Origin: Eledone cirrhosa
Taxonomy: Eukaryota
NCBI GenBank assembly: GCA_964016885.1
Contig: OZ024753.1
Span: 18,042,001 to 18,106,000 of the forward strand
DNA length: 64,000 bases
Direction of reading: 5' to 3'
Part shown: positions 61,076 to 64,000 of the stretch, piece after piece
Layout: every line of letters starts with the position of its first letter
How positions within the stretch are numbered: the first letter of the stretch is position 1
Program-made: the position numbers and the translations under genes
The notes under the pieces: model-generated
What the model was told of the DNA's origin: nothing
Database searches by the model: none
What the model saw: the letters and a program-made list of their open reading frames with translations, nothing else

Positions 61076-61612
61076 TATACTCACACACAAACACACACAC
61101 ATATATATGAAGTGGGAGACTTCAATAACGATCTAACCATCAAATCTCAAGTCCATATCTACTGTATGTTATTAATTTAGTATTCAGACAAAGTTTAATC
61201 GAGTTCAACTTCATTTTAGAAGAAAGCGATCACCATGCTACACACCATTGCCTTTTCCTTCATTATTATAATTTTATATTGAGATATATATCGATTAAGT
61301 GATCGGAGTTTGGAAACTAAACAACCAGCATGATATGGATGCTAAATATGCAAATATATGTTTACACATGATAGATGTTGGTGGCTTTGGGGGTGATATC
61401 TTTGAGGGAATATTTATTTATATAGGCTATTTATATTTCATAATTTAGAATCTGCTGCTACGGTAGATAATATTTGACTGTTGATGAAGACGAAACATGT
61501 TAATTCTCAGAACATCAACGTTCCAAGTTGTCAAAATCAGACACTATATTTCCTGTGAGTTGTCCATACAGTTAACAAAATACATATTCATATATATACA
61601 TATATACATAGG

Positions 61613-61662
<50 letters not shown>

Positions 61663-61699
61663 CGAAACATAAGTCAATTACATGAACTCATAATCCTTT

Positions 61700-61760
61700 A
61701 TTTACTGCCATATATATTTCGATGATAGCCATTATTTGGCTATGACCTCATCAGGCAGTT
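61700..61760 (-). ncRNA. Type I HHR (core 61717-61754)
   Basis: ACTGC CTGATGA GGTCATAGCCA AATAA TGGCTATCATC GAA ATATATAT G GCAGT; G at the cleavage position. Confidence 0.7.
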
Positions 61761-62086
61761 AGTCAGTTCTTAGATATGCCAGCTCTGCGTTTTTGGTGTT
61801 GATGGTTTTAGAGCCTTGAAACAGGAATAATTTAGAGCCTTATTAGGGATAAATTAATGTCGTCAGCAGGAATAAGGTTAATTCTCCTTAGTCAGCTTGT
61901 TGATACTAGTAGGGTTGGTATTTGAGGTCAAAGAGGTCGGTGGTGTTGTAAAGTTCAAACCGTCAGGCAAGATGACAATAGTTCCATATGACTGATTTTC
62001 ACAAAAAGCATTCCTGGTCAGATATATATTCAATTGAGGTTTATAGTATGAAATTCGATACTACAGGGCATTCTTATATTGAGGAA

Positions 62087-62129
<43 letters not shown>

Positions 62130-62130
62130 A

Positions 62131-62169
<39 letters not shown>

Positions 62170-62176
<7 letters not shown>

Positions 62177-62374
62177 GTTAGAATATGTGTAATAAGGCCA
62201 AGACAATGCAGGTTTGGACATAGAAAAATGAATGCAATAGTGAAAGATATTGATGTGAATTCGTCTTTCACCTTGAAAGACGAATTCACATCAATATCTT
62301 TCACTATTGCATTCTTTTTTCTATGTCCATACCTGCATTGTCTTGGCCTTATTACACATATTCTAACGTTTATA
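62170..62374. repeat. Foldback, 101-bp arms, 3-nt loop
   Basis: ...GAATTCGTCTTTCA CCT TGAAAGACGAATTC... Confidence 0.93.
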
Positions 62375-62439
62375 CCTCATTACACAATGCTTCAAGTGAA
62401 CTATAACCTCCTCCTCCCATATATATATATATATATATA

Positions 62440-63480
62440 TAAAATAAAGTTAAATAAAAGTCAAATGATTAAAATTTAGCTTCGTTTATTACTGCTATAT
62501 ATATTTCAGTGGCAGCCATCTTTGGCTGTGACCTCTTCAGGCAGTTTGAATTAGTATGGTATAGACAAGTACATATGTTGTTTAGGTGTATGATATTGTC
62601 AATACTCTGATATGCCCAGTTCCTTGTTGGGTTGTTAATTCACTGGGGAACTGGAGTCATATGAATTCAAACAAACGAATTTTCGTGTCACAGGTCCCCT
62701 TCTCCTCTCATTGGTCAGTTATTAGAACATTCCTCATTCTAAGTGTTGTTATTGTTGGAGTTAGCTTAAAAATTGATAAAATGGTAGAAGGGACGAGGTG
62801 TTGAAGGAACAAAATAACAAAAAAAGTGTCAAACTTCCCATTGTTCAGTTCTGAGAGCATTCCTCAGTCAGAAGTCTATATAATTCTTTCTGGGGTGAGG
62901 CTCCCTGTAAAAACACTACAGGGAGCCTCACCCCAGAAAGAATTCTATAGATTTCTGACTGAGGAATGCTCTCAGAACTGAACAATGGGAAGTTTGACAC
63001 TTTTTTTGTTATTTTGTTCCTTTAACACCTCGTCCCTTCTACCATTTTATCAATTTTTAAACTAACTCCAACAATAACAACACTTAGAATGAGGAATGTT
63101 CTAATAACTGACCAATGAGAGGAGAAGGGGACCTGCGACACGAACATTCGTTTGTTTGAATTCATATGACTCCAGTTCCCCAGTGAATTAACAACCCAAC
63201 AAGGAACTGGGCATATCAGAGTATTGACAATATCATACACCTAAACAACATATGTACTTGTCTATACCATACTAATTCAAACTGCCTGAAGAGGTCACAG
63301 CCAAAGATGGCTGTCACTGAAATATATATGGCAGTAATAAACGAAGCTAAATTTTAATCATTTGACTTTTATTTAACTTTATTTTACACTACTCCGGAGT
63401 AACCAAACCAACCTGCGCACTTCGTCGAGTGCTCCAGCCTGCATACTGGGGTGTTGGTATACAACCAACATAAACTCTAA
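62440..63480. mobile_element. Large foldback, 470-bp arms, 7-nt loop, HHR in each arm (minus 62504-62540, plus 63286-63322)
   Basis: 62440-62909 vs 62917-63386, extra tail to ~63480; ACTGC CTGAAGA GGTCACAGCCA AAGA TGGCTG(C/T)CACT GAA ATATATAT (A/G) GCAGT. Confidence 0.92.
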
Positions 63481-63495
63481 ATATATATATATATG

Positions 63496-63615
<120 letters not shown>

Positions 63616-63626
63616 AATATATGTAT

Positions 63627-63721
<95 letters not shown>

Positions 63722-63939
63722 AATATATATATGTATATATATACATATATATATATATATTTATACGTATATATAGAGGTAGAACACTGGAAGATAATAT
63801 CCATAGTGGTAGAACACTCAGTCCATGGGACGAGTTAGGTAGAAATGGTTACACAACAGTTAGTTCACCATACCGAGAACAATTGTTTTATATTAGCGGA
63901 TCCTCGGCTGTATATATGTTAATATATATATATTAAGAA

Positions 63940-64000
63940 AAGGAATTCCAACTTTGAACAAGTGCTTTCATGCTTTCGCAATCTTCAGGGTCATATTCAA
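63940..64000 (-). mobile_element. Family L copy (HHR 63966-63988), cut by the window edge
   Basis: CTGAAGA TTGCGAAAGCAT GAAAGCACTTGTTC. Confidence 0.7.

Overview
AT-rich, microsatellite-saturated animal genomic DNA. The SINE families and the (TA)n/(CA)n load suggest an octopus or other coleoid cephalopod (inference). No intact host gene is supported. The window is a mosaic of mobile DNA: a young 5'-truncated Penelope-like element (PLE; RT plus C-terminal GIY-YIG) folded into a ~4.2-kb inverted structure (15141-19554), two further decayed PLEs, a decayed GC-rich L1/Tx1-type LINE (ORF2 49696-53131), RTE fragments, RTE-derived short elements, two tRNA-type SINE families and Helitron pieces. The main signal the ORF track does not show is a by-eye count of roughly 45-50 type I hammerhead ribozyme (HHR) motifs, intact or decayed, in about 20 short non-coding families. 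Nearly all lie between (TA)n tracts, and many are head-to-head foldbacks with one HHR per arm. Several families carry fixed non-canonical cores (CCGA[A/T]GA, CAGAAGA) or very long helix II inserts. A heavily decayed 7TM-receptor-like pseudogene may lie on the minus strand around the LINE (low confidence). All coordinates were read by eye and may be off by a few bases.
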